The notes beneath the pieces are model-generated. The model had not been told where the DNA came from, ran no database searches, and saw only the letters and a program-made list of their open reading frames with translations. Shown here one piece after another: positions 35,404 through 43,805 of a DNA stretch of 43,805 nt. This DNA is from Elusimicrobiota bacterium. GTDB lineage: Bacteria; Elusimicrobiota; Elusimicrobia; Elusimicrobiales; Elusimicrobiaceae. The stretch is taken from the NCBI GenBank assembly GCA_023393825.1, contig JAEXBW010000012.1, forward strand, positions 1 through 43,805. Reading direction: 5' to 3'. Both the position numbers and the translations under genes were made by a program. Numbering within the stretch: position 1 is the stretch's first letter; each line of letters starts with the position of its first letter.

Positions 35404-36513
35404 TTACATTGTTTGGATAGCGTTGAGAGCTTTTCTTAAGGCGGGGCTTCTGGGTAACAGGCGGCCTGGGTTAAGGTCCACGGTGTCGCTGTTTTTAACA
35501 ACTTTTATTTCGCCTTCAGCCACAACTTCTCTTGTAAAAACTTTTTCGTCAAACTGTACGGGTGCGTCGGTAAACAAACTTAAAATATCCAAAAGCGCCA
35601 TATCGTATTTTGTCTTTTCGGAAGAAAACTGCAGATTGGCGTTAATTGCCTGCAAGCCTGCAAGGCGGATAAGGGCTTCCCTCTGCGCTTCTTTGTCCAC
35701 CCAACGGTTTGAAAAATGCGGTTTGGAGTCATCTTTAGATTTATTAATGCACGTTCCGCCATTCATAAGTTGTGTTACATTCTCGTTTAATATAGAACCT
35801 TCCGCAGCGCTGTTTACAACCGCGTAGCCGTTGGCATTATTTTCTAAATATCTGTATTTAAGCAGGCGTTTTGTAAGGTTCGCGTAAACATTGTCCATAA
35901 GTTCCTGCCCTAAAATTGTAAACATTTCCAGCATAGCTACAACAAAAAGTGTTCTGCCAAGGCTTACCGTCGCGTAAGATGCCGCAAGAGTTGTTGATGT
36001 TGCCGTTGCGCCAAACCACGCGCCCGCACCCGCTCCGCCGTAAAGGCCTGCCGCGGGAGCGCACAAAACAAGCAGGGCGCCCATTGCAATACCGTTAACG
36101 CAAGCCATGCCCGTATCCATCCATTGCCTTTTATTTACTTCCTTTTGATAGCGCGGATTTTTTGCAAGCAGATATGCCATTTTTTTTGTTTCGTACTTCA
36201 TATTTTCCAAAACTTCACTGGGCGTAAATTTAGCTGCGGGGTGGTTTCTGTAATCTTCAACCGTGGCATTATATGTCTTCATTGTTTTAGCTATTACGGC
36301 CTGCGGATATTTTTTATCAAATATCGGCGGCAGTCTGTCAAAAGGATTCTGATTTTTTTGCGCCTCTTTTGTTATGTTATTTAAAAAATCAACGGAAGAA
36401 TTAGGGTTAAAATTATTTGCTTTATTTGTTTTTATAATTGCCTGCGCAAAAACAGGCGCATTGGAAGCGCATAAGAAAATAAAGGCAAGGGTAAGATTTA
36501 AAAAGTTTTTCAT
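35404..36513 (-). CDS. Hypothetical secreted/membrane protein with a Gly/Ala-rich hydrophobic core
   Basis: SD AAGGAG upstream. Signal peptide MKNFLNLTLAFIFLCASNAPVFAQA. Internal segment GALLVLCAPAAGLYGGAGAGAWFGATA. No family recognised. Confidence 0.65.
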   Translation of the reverse strand: MKNFLNLTLAFIFLCASNAPVFAQAIIKTNKANNFNPNSSVDFLNNITKEAQKNQNPFDRLPPIFDKKYPQAVIAKTMKTYNATVEDYRNHPAAKFTPSEVLENMKYETKKMAYLLAKNPRYQKEVNKRQWMDTGMACVNGIAMGALLVLCAPAAGLYGGAGAGAWFGATATSTTLAASYATVSLGRTLFVVAMLEMFTILGQELMDNVYANLTKRLLKYRYLENNANGYAVVNSAAEGSILNENVTQLMNGGTCINKSKDDSKPHFSNRWVDKEAQREALIRLAGLQAINANLQFSSEKTKYDMALLDILSLFTDAPVQFDEKVFTREVVAEGEIKVVKNSDTVDLNPGRLLPRSPALRKALNAIQTM

Positions 36514-36654
36514 AGGCTGTTTCTCCTTACATATATATTAGCAGTGCTTACGGCAAAAGCGAAAGAGTCCTTTTTCCCATACAAACATGGGTCATAAGGC
36601 CTAAGTTTGTATAAAAGTAATTTTTACGGGCGTTTTTTGTATAATAACTAAGGT

Positions 36655-38031
36655 ATGTCCACTTTAACTCCGCTGGATGGCAGATACTCTGCCAAAGTTG
36701 CAAAACTTGCTTCACTTATGGGAGATGAGGCCCTGCTCCGCCGCAGAATAGAAACCGAATGTGCTTACTTTGTTGCTTTATCACGCCTCGGTTTACTGCG
36801 CCTGAGCGCAAGGGAACAGGCTTTTATAAGTGATGCTGCTTCCGTCATATCCGCAGAGGATATTAAGACGGTAAAAAGCATAGAACTCGGCGGGCATAAA
36901 ACAATAAAACCCACTAACCACGATGTTAAAGCCGTGGAATATTATTTAAAAGAAAAATTTGAAAAGACAACCTTAAAAGACAGAACGCAGTGGCTGCATT
37001 TTGCTTTAACTTCAGAAGATCTTAACAGCATTTCTTATGCTTTAATGGCGCGCGACGCCGTGGAGCAGGTTTTGCTTCCCTCGCTTGAGGAAATACAAAA
37101 AAATCTGCTAAAGGCTGCCAAAGCAAATGCCGATACCGTTATGCTTGCACGCACGCACGGTCAGCCTGCCGTACCGACGACATTCGGTAAAGAATTTAAA
37201 GTTTTTCACTACCGCCTTGCCCGCCAGATAGCGCAGCTTAAAAAGCAGGAGATTTCCTGCAAACTGGGCGGCGCGGTTGGCAATTTTAACGCGCATACCG
37301 CGGCATTCCCGCAGGTAAACTGGCCCAAGTTTGCAAAAGATTTTGTGGCCTCCTTTAATAAAGGGCATAAAACAAAAATAATTTTATTTGAAGTTACCGA
37401 CCAAAACGACCCGCACGACACCCTTGCCGAACTGTTTGATAATATAAGACGCATAAATATAATTCTTACCGATTTAAGCCAAGATATGTGGCGGTATATA
37501 AGCGACGGGCTTATAAAACAAAAAGCGGCGGAGGGGGAAGTTGGATCCTCCACAATGCCGCAAAAAATAAACCCGATAGATTTTGAAAACGCGGAAGGCA
37601 ATTTGGGTTTGGCAAATGCTTTGCTTGGGTTTTTCAGCCAAAAATTGCCTGTTTCCCGCTTACAGAGGGACCTTTCCGACTCCACAGTTTTGCGTAATAT
37701 AGGTACGGCCTTCGGCTATAGCGAAGTTGCCTATCGCTCCCTTATAAAAGGTTTAGGCAAAAGCGGTGTTGACGCCGCCGCCTGCCGCCAAATGTTGCTT
37801 GCCCACCCCGAGGTTATCGCCGAGGCCCTGCAAACAATTTTGCGCGCGCACGGCGTTAAGGACGGCTACGAAAAACTAAAAGATTTCACGCGCGGTAAAG
37901 CGCTTTCTGCGGAAGATATTAAAGCTTTTATAGACAGCCTTAAAGTTTCCCCGCAGCTCAAAACCCTGTTATATAAACAGGATTTATTAAAATACACAGG
38001 AACAGCCGCAAAGACGGCAAGGAAGGCTTAA
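36655..38031 (+). CDS. purB: Adenylosuccinate lyase
   Basis: Fumarate-lyase signature GSSTMPQKINPIDFENAEGN. The length (458 aa) and layout match the E. coli-type PurB. Confidence 0.95.
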   Translation: MSTLTPLDGRYSAKVAKLASLMGDEALLRRRIETECAYFVALSRLGLLRLSAREQAFISDAASVISAEDIKTVKSIELGGHKTIKPTNHDVKAVEYYLKEKFEKTTLKDRTQWLHFALTSEDLNSISYALMARDAVEQVLLPSLEEIQKNLLKAAKANADTVMLARTHGQPAVPTTFGKEFKVFHYRLARQIAQLKKQEISCKLGGAVGNFNAHTAAFPQVNWPKFAKDFVASFNKGHKTKIILFEVTDQNDPHDTLAELFDNIRRINIILTDLSQDMWRYISDGLIKQKAAEGEVGSSTMPQKINPIDFENAEGNLGLANALLGFFSQKLPVSRLQRDLSDSTVLRNIGTAFGYSEVAYRSLIKGLGKSGVDAAACRQMLLAHPEVIAEALQTILRAHGVKDGYEKLKDFTRGKALSAEDIKAFIDSLKVSPQLKTLLYKQDLLKYTGTAAKTARKA

Positions 38032-38032
38032 G

Positions 38033-39055
38033 ATGATTGATATAGTATCAGGCGGTCAGGCAGGGGACGAAGGAAAGGGTAAAATTTCCGCCTATCTTTC
38101 CTATAAAGGCAATTACAGCTATTGCGTGCGCATCGGCGGACCGAATGCGGGGCATACGGTTTTGCATAAGGGCAATAAATATACGCTTAAAAATATACCT
38201 TCAGGCTTTTTAAACCCAAATACCAAACTTGTTTTGGGCGCGGGCGCGTATACAAAAACCGATTGGCTTTTAAAAGAAGTTGAACTTACAGGCACAAGGG
38301 ACCGCCTTATAATAGACCCTATGGCTGTTCTTATAGAAGATAAGCATACCGATGCGGAAAAGGGTGACGCACATTTTATGTCCGCAGTCGGCAGCGTAGG
38401 CACAGGCCTTGGGCAGGCCGTTAAAGACAGAATTGAAAGACGCCCGATGAAATTTGCAAAAGACGAACCTTTGCTTAAAGAATTTATTAAAGATGTTCCC
38501 GAACTTTTAAATAAAGCCTTAGCCAAAGACCAAGATATATTGGTGGAAGGGACGCAAGGGATAAAACTTTCTATTATGCATGGGGAATATCCTTTTGTAA
38601 CTTCCAGAGATACAACCGCATCCACCTTTTTGGGCGAAGCCGGTTTAGGCCCCAAAGCTGTACGCGACTGCTGGGTTATCTTTAAACCTTATGTAAGCCG
38701 TGTAGGCCCCGGTCCTTTAGATTTTGAAATTACTGACGAAAAAGAATTGGAACTTTACCACGGCAAAGGCTGCGAAATAGGCAGCGTAAGCAAACGCTTA
38801 AGAAGAATAGGCCGCTTTGAAGATTCCTCCGCCAAAAAAGCAATTATGATAAATACGGCTACCAAATTAGCCGTAACACACATAGACCTTTTTGACGGCA
38901 ATGACGCAGGCGCAATAAAAACTTATGCCGATTTTACGCCCGACGCCAAAAAGTTCTTGGACCATTTGCAGGCGCTTGCGGCCCAAACATATCCGTATCC
39001 CAAGCTTAAATTTATATCAAACGGCGCGGAATTGGAAGATATGATAATTCTGTAG
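38033..39055 (+). CDS. purA: Adenylosuccinate synthetase, short (about 340 aa) form
   Basis: P-loop GGQAGDEGKGK, GGPNAGHTV, EGTQG and SVSKRLRR. About 90 aa shorter than typical bacterial PurA. It starts 2 nt after purB. Confidence 0.85.
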   Translation: MIDIVSGGQAGDEGKGKISAYLSYKGNYSYCVRIGGPNAGHTVLHKGNKYTLKNIPSGFLNPNTKLVLGAGAYTKTDWLLKEVELTGTRDRLIIDPMAVLIEDKHTDAEKGDAHFMSAVGSVGTGLGQAVKDRIERRPMKFAKDEPLLKEFIKDVPELLNKALAKDQDILVEGTQGIKLSIMHGEYPFVTSRDTTASTFLGEAGLGPKAVRDCWVIFKPYVSRVGPGPLDFEITDEKELELYHGKGCEIGSVSKRLRRIGRFEDSSAKKAIMINTATKLAVTHIDLFDGNDAGAIKTYADFTPDAKKFLDHLQALAAQTYPYPKLKFISNGAELEDMIIL

Positions 39056-39077
39056 AAACAGTGTTTTTGCAATGTTG

Positions 39078-39111
39078 CGCGCGGGTATAAAAGCCCGCGC
39101 GTTTCTTTTTT
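39078..39111 (+). terminator. Rho-independent terminator after purA
   Basis: Stem CGCGCGGG / CCCGCGCG followed by TTTCTTTTTT. Confidence 0.85.
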
Positions 39112-39243
39112 ATTATATAAGGGGTTGCAAATTTGCAAAAAGTTGTCCATAATTAAGGATAAGGATATTAAACAATTTAAGCAGTCTTAAGTGCGCCGTG
39201 ACCCAGTAAAAATTTTTTTTGACCGGTGATAGGAGGTTTGTCA

Positions 39244-41148
39244 ATGAATTTCTTAGATAAGAACGGATTTAGAGCCGCTTTGGTGATAGCCGTCATATTT
39301 TTAGCAATGCCTTTTATGTTCCCTGAGAGGGTTCCCGTAAACGTTAAGGGCAGTGCGGAGGATTCCTCGCAACCCGTAAAATCCAAAAAGTTTTTAACGG
39401 GAGTTTACGATAGAATCGGCAATTTTTATAACTTTAAAAAGAATAAAAAATCAGCCTTAGACCTGACTCTTGAACAACTTAAGAACGAAGCTGACGCCGC
39501 CGCGGCAGATAAAAAAGCCGCTGATGCTGCTGCGCAAAACTCTTTTGATAAAGCAGCAGGTGCGGATGCGGGTTCTTCGTTCTCAGGCGGTTCTACCGAA
39601 AGTAGTTCCTTTAGCACAGGCTCTTCTTCTTCCAAACTGTCATATTCCGCAGCTGCGGCTAAGGCCGGCGCAAAGCCCAAGCTTTCAATAGGCGGTAAGG
39701 AATATGAAGTTGTAAAAGACCTTTACGGTAATGACTATGCTATTACGGGTAAGGGTCCCGTTGCAGTAAGTTCTTTGCTGGCAAAGGGCGGTGTTTTAAA
39801 ATATCCTTCCGGTAAAACGGTTTCAAGATCAAGAGTGTCTTCAGAAGCATACAATGCAGGCGGCGGTGCAAATCCGTATAGTTCTTTAACAGCTTCTTCT
39901 AAAGCTTCCGGCGGCTCATATAAGGGCGGCAAGAGAAGCGGCGGCGTAGCTTCTACCCGTAAAATATCAAGCGGATTTAGTTTAAGCGGCGGTAAAGGCG
40001 GCGGTGGCGGAAAAGATATTCGCAAAAGTTCCGGCGGGCGCGCCTATGTGGGTGATTTTACAGGCGCCGTTGATATAGAAGACGCTTATAACAGCATCCA
40101 ATCAAAAACTCTTGAAGCAAGGAACAATAGCTATGCCGCTTCAGAAACTTATTACGAGCCCGCCTATGCCGCCGCGTTTCCTTCTGCAGTCCCGTCCGCG
40201 GCCCCTGCTCCATCTCCTTATGCTGCTGTTGCTCCTGAAATTTTACAAAAGGAATCCATGTTTGAAAGCGGCACTAAAGCTTCCGCTAAAGCGGATGGAA
40301 CAGCGGTTGAAACAGTGGTTAAACAAGCCAATGTAAGCCTTGACCTTAACGATCTGCCTAAAATCCCCGCTGATACAAAATCTGTATCTTCCGGCGAAGC
40401 CAAGAAAATAGCCGTTGACATAAATATAAATAAAGGTACAGGGGTTATTCCCAAAGACAAAGATGTTCTTCAGTCAATGACAAACCAGCTTTTGGGCGAA
40501 AATGTTATTTTTGAAAGTGTGCCGGGCAACTCCAAAACAAGCATACAAAACCCATGGGTGTTCCCTACCAAAATACCTGCGGCTTCGGAGAAGGGTGATT
40601 TTAAAGAGTTTTCTGTAGCGTTTTGGGAAGAAAATAAAGATGCCCTTTCCAAAGCTAAAACAAACAATAAAGGGCAATCTTATTCCGACCCTGAAACTTG
40701 GAGAGCCAGCGACAAGGACAATTATGATGTCCATGAATATATAAAATCTAAAAACATACCTGTTAATGTTGTGGTTTTAGATGGCGTTGGGACAGGGTCT
40801 TCAAAGAACTATTTCCAGCAAATGGCAAATTATATTACAGGTAATAGTCCTTTCTTAAAGACTAATCCCACTATTTATGTATATAAAGACGAAAAAGATT
40901 TGGAGGGCATTAAAAGCGCTCACTTAGTTCCGCACCCTATGACCATTACGCCGGAAGAAAATAAACAGTTAGGCATAAAAATACAGACGCAAGTTGAAAG
41001 TATAGAAAATGCTTCTAAAAACCATGGTTTATCCAAAAATTCGGTCAAAGATGTCATAAAGGAAGATTCTTCCGATAAGAAGAAAAACATTACAAAAATA
41101 GGCAAACAAATTGAGCAGATTCAGGTAAAGTCCGAAGGACCTAGATAA
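39244..41148 (+). CDS. Hypothetical N-terminally anchored protein with S/G/A-rich low-complexity regions
   Basis: AGGAGG at 39231-39236 favours the ATG at 39244 over the GTG at 39226. One N-terminal TM segment. GNFYNFKKNKK motif. Long Ser/Gly/Ala tracts. Confidence 0.7.
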   Translation: MNFLDKNGFRAALVIAVIFLAMPFMFPERVPVNVKGSAEDSSQPVKSKKFLTGVYDRIGNFYNFKKNKKSALDLTLEQLKNEADAAAADKKAADAAAQNSFDKAAGADAGSSFSGGSTESSSFSTGSSSSKLSYSAAAAKAGAKPKLSIGGKEYEVVKDLYGNDYAITGKGPVAVSSLLAKGGVLKYPSGKTVSRSRVSSEAYNAGGGANPYSSLTASSKASGGSYKGGKRSGGVASTRKISSGFSLSGGKGGGGGKDIRKSSGGRAYVGDFTGAVDIEDAYNSIQSKTLEARNNSYAASETYYEPAYAAAFPSAVPSAAPAPSPYAAVAPEILQKESMFESGTKASAKADGTAVETVVKQANVSLDLNDLPKIPADTKSVSSGEAKKIAVDININKGTGVIPKDKDVLQSMTNQLLGENVIFESVPGNSKTSIQNPWVFPTKIPAASEKGDFKEFSVAFWEENKDALSKAKTNNKGQSYSDPETWRASDKDNYDVHEYIKSKNIPVNVVVLDGVGTGSSKNYFQQMANYITGNSPFLKTNPTIYVYKDEKDLEGIKSAHLVPHPMTITPEENKQLGIKIQTQVESIENASKNHGLSKNSVKDVIKEDSSDKKKNITKIGKQIEQIQVKSEGPR

Positions 41149-41234
41149 GAATAGGCCATTAAGCCCTTGTAAACATATTGTGTTTTTATTATCTTTTTAA
41201 CATAGCAGTTTTTATAGCGGAGGATTTTATATTT

Positions 41235-41909
41235 ATGACGTTTAAAAAAAGTTTTGTTATGTTTATGTTTGCCTTGGTCAGTTTGTTTGTAGCCGAGCAA
41301 GCTTTTGCAGCTTACTGTATATGGAACCTTAGAGACGGCTCAAAAGTTAAATATAACATAGAAGAAAGTATTGTTGCAGGCGTATCTGATCAGGACATAG
41401 AACAACTTCACGCTTGCTGTGAGGCCGACCCCAGCAGCTGCGGTAAGTATTGGATTGGCGCTGCAGGTCTTTATAATGTTCAGCTTGCGGCAAAATATAA
41501 CAGAACCAATACTGTAAAATACCTTTTGAAATACAGAGATTGTGCGGAAACTATAAACAGATTCGGGCATCCCAGCCGTCCTTCGGAGTTTAATGCCCTT
41601 ATGTTTGCAATAAAAAATTTCAATAAGGAAATGGTTCTGTGGTTATTGCATTACAAAGCAGACCCTACCGTTAAGAACAATTTAGGCAGAGATGCAAAGT
41701 ATTATGCCGAAAAGCTTGATAATAGCAATGCGGATTCCGCAGAGATAGTAAAGATGGTTGTGGACGCTTGGAATAAAGTTATGGGGTACTCCCAAAATCT
41801 TATACAAGAAAAAAAGGAAAACCTTATAAAGCAGTTGAACGGAGAGAATATAAAAGAGCAGATAAAGCTGCTTAAAGGTAAATATAACCCCCGTTCTTTT
41901 GTAGGCTGA
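41235..41909 (+). CDS. Secreted ankyrin-repeat protein
   Basis: GGAGGA at 41219-41224. Signal peptide MTFKKSFVMFMFALVSLFVAEQAFA. Ankyrin-like repeats (LAAKYNRTNTVKYLLKY, NALMFAIKNFNKEMVLWLLHYKADPTVKNNLGRDA). Confidence 0.75.
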   Translation: MTFKKSFVMFMFALVSLFVAEQAFAAYCIWNLRDGSKVKYNIEESIVAGVSDQDIEQLHACCEADPSSCGKYWIGAAGLYNVQLAAKYNRTNTVKYLLKYRDCAETINRFGHPSRPSEFNALMFAIKNFNKEMVLWLLHYKADPTVKNNLGRDAKYYAEKLDNSNADSAEIVKMVVDAWNKVMGYSQNLIQEKKENLIKQLNGENIKEQIKLLKGKYNPRSFVG

Positions 41910-42054
41910 AAAAGAATTTATTTTTCCAGGCAAGTCCCGCGTAGAAGTTGTGACTATGCGGGTTTTTGCCCTTAAAAACAGTATGTTTATGGCGCGGAAG
42001 CGGTAACGTAAGAAAAAATTTATTTGTTTTATTGTTTTGGGACAGGGAGTTATT

Positions 42055-43805
42055 ATGAAAAAAAATAAGTCTTATTTAAAAAGTTTTGTTTGGGCGGGTT
42101 CTTTGTTGGCTGTTGCTTTTTTGGTCCTTCCTGCCATATTCCCTGAAGACGCCGCTCTTGCGGACAAAAAACTTTCAGCGGAAGCGGCCGCCGCGCAAGA
42201 GGCGCAAGATTCCGCTTTGCCTGTTGTTTTCAGCGATAACCCTTTATCTAAATTCTTTAAAAAACTTTCAAAATTTTACGGTTTTGGTAAAAAATCTCCA
42301 TCAACCCTTATCGCTGGCACCGCAGATTACCGCGAGGTTTTCCCTCTTTCAGATTCCGCCCAAGATCCTTCTACCGTTGTTTTCGGGCAGGAAGGCGGCG
42401 CTTCCGGCGCTGCGCCTATATTCTTTGCCGCCGCCGATGGCACATTGGTAGAACCTGATGCAAACGGATATACCTACGGCGGGCAATATTATAAGAACGG
42501 GGAATATCCTTCCGAAGAGTTAAAACAATCAATAGAGAGTGCTATCGCAAGGTATCACACTTCGGCCTCCGCCTCGCAAGGGCTGAAACCTGTTTATGTA
42601 CAAAATCCTGACGGGTCGCTTAAAGTGCAATATGTTTCCGGCGAAGACTATGACAGATATATGGGCGGCGCAACCATGGCGTCGGACGGTACTCCGCAAA
42701 GCCAATTTTTAGCTTCTTCAGGCAGATATTCGGGCGCTAAAGTAGCCTCAAGAGGGGAGAGCGGTTCTGGTTCTTCCTCCTCCTCAGATGGCAGCGTTGC
42801 AAAAGACGGATTCAAGTCTTTTTCCGATGACGGTAGTTTAAGCGGCAAATTTGCAAGCCTTACAACAAGGTTAAATAATAATAAGACCGAAACCGCCAAG
42901 GAAGCCGCCGCGCAGGAACAAAAAACAAAAGAAGAATTTGAAATAAATAAATTGCAGCTGCTCAACGCCACAGGCAAATTCCGTGAGTCCAGATATGTAG
43001 AGCCTGCCGACGGTAAAAGAACAAGTCCCGCATATGATGCCAAAACATTTAAAGATAAACCTTTAATAATTGATAAATCTTTTGCCAAGGAATTAAAAGA
43101 GAACTTTGGTCTCAAAGATGATGATTTCAACAATAGTGTCCGCAGAGACGCAAATCTGACATGGCCCGGGCGCGAAGGCAGAGAGCAAAATTTCCTTGCT
43201 AATATACAAGAGCAGATAAAAGGCGCGGAAGTATTTAAAGTGTTGTCCGGGCAAAGGAGTGAACCTCTTTTACATTCCATTCATGCCCTTAAAAAGCAAT
43301 ACGGGGAAGACAAATTGTTCTTTGACCACGTCGGCGTTCCTGTAAATGATCCAAGTAAAAAAATGAGCGAGAGAAAAAGTTTTACAGATACTTTTTTTAT
43401 AGACACAGGCCTTAAGGATGTTTTAATCGCCGCAGATGTAAAAGAAGATAAGATTAAAGCCATAGAAGAAGAGTATAAAACGCTTGATGAACGTCGTAAA
43501 ATTTTCTCGGGTGTTCTTAGAGATGTGATATCAAAAGACCCTAATTTGAAATCTTTAGAAACACCATCGACATTTTTATTGGGCTCAACGCCTGACGGCT
43601 CTGTTGTGGTGGGTTCTGACCAAGCGCTTTTCTACAACTATTCCACGCCCGCTTCTGCATGGATAAAAGCAAGGTCTAAACAAAATCCGGAAAAGGCATA
43701 TATTTCCGTGCCTGTGGAAGAATTTATCTCTCATCTCAAAGATAAAGGCACGATAATAATAGTTACAAACCCGAAGGCAGAAGAAAAGCTTAAAGCATTA
43801 GGTGC
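42055..43805 (+). CDS. Hypothetical N-terminally anchored protein, 3'-truncated by the window edge
   Basis: The ATG at 42055 has GGGAG 6 nt upstream. The frame is open to the window end, with frame checkpoints at 42661, 43381 and 43801, which is why it is missing from the ORF track. One N-terminal TM segment and a SKFYGFGKK motif like that of 39244-41148. Confidence 0.65.
   Translation, partial: MKKNKSYLKSFVWAGSLLAVAFLVLPAIFPEDAALADKKLSAEAAAAQEAQDSALPVVFSDNPLSKFFKKLSKFYGFGKKSPSTLIAGTADYREVFPLSDSAQDPSTVVFGQEGGASGAAPIFFAAADGTLVEPDANGYTYGGQYYKNGEYPSEELKQSIESAIARYHTSASASQGLKPVYVQNPDGSLKVQYVSGEDYDRYMGGATMASDGTPQSQFLASSGRYSGAKVASRGESGSGSSSSSDGSVAKDGFKSFSDDGSLSGKFASLTTRLNNNKTETAKEAAAQEQKTKEEFEINKLQLLNATGKFRESRYVEPADGKRTSPAYDAKTFKDKPLIIDKSFAKELKENFGLKDDDFNNSVRRDANLTWPGREGREQNFLANIQEQIKGAEVFKVLSGQRSEPLLHSIHALKKQYGEDKLFFDHVGVPVNDPSKKMSERKSFTDTFFIDTGLKDVLIAADVKEDKIKAIEEEYKTLDERRKIFSGVLRDVISKDPNLKSLETPSTFLLGSTPDGSVVVGSDQALFYNYSTPASAWIKARSKQNPEKAYISVPVEEFISHLKDKGTIIIVTNPKAEEKLKALG

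Noticed and set aside
35393-35827. A plus-strand 144-aa ORF overlapping the minus-strand gene 35404-36513.
   Set aside because: The minus-strand frame is longer and has an AAGGAG SD and a clear signal peptide. The plus-strand ORF would begin inside the pgm terminator.
42086-42451. The track ORF (121 aa, plus strand), together with the minus-strand ORFs 42648-43280 and 43281-43463.
   Set aside because: A different plus frame starting at the ATG at 42055 (GGGAG SD, N-terminal TM) stays open to the end of the window and explains the region. The listed ORFs are off-frame or antisense shadows.

Overview
This 43.8-kb window comes from a diderm bacterium, judged by its autotransporter and its OmpA-type and BamE-like lipoproteins. 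I cannot assign a taxon from the sequence alone. Housekeeping blocks (proB'-proA-proC-guaB-guaA, an amino-acid permease, murB, pgm, purB plus a short purA, tRNA-Asp) alternate with visibly more AT-rich accessory blocks. I consider two accessory blocks the best candidates for undescribed biology. (1) Positions 10.46-20.78 kb hold a long same-strand gene string behind a sigma-70-like promoter carrying two perfect palindromes. It encodes MarR, a triple-fusion MFS/acyltransferase/acyl-ACP synthetase (Aas-like), two tandem paralogous lipoproteins, and five translationally coupled genes: FabH-like ketosynthase, ATP-grasp ligase, SDR reductase/epimerase, MBL-fold hydrolase and a PaaK/F390-type adenylating enzyme. 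The enzyme logic resembles Ole/beta-lactone pathways, but with different parts. (2) Positions 28.1-32.7 kb form an AT-rich islet abutting the 3' end of tRNA-Asp, bracketed by a 12-bp direct repeat that includes the tRNA end. It carries a WYL-domain regulator and a PD-(D/E)XK nuclease on one strand, and the palindrome CGACA-N6-TGTCG occurs upstream of both genes. A divergent YD-repeat-like protein and a decayed IS200-type tnpA lie nearby. Several intergenic repeat families are also present: a 79-bp direct repeat bracketing a 13-kb block, a terminator hairpin plus tRNA-3'-end-like repeat in four copies, and a paired hairpin module at two loci. A near-consensus sigma-54 promoter lies upstream of a 1357-aa autotransporter. 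I found no CRISPR array, reverse transcriptase or integrase. All calls rest on reading the sequence and the ORF translations, and no database search was run.
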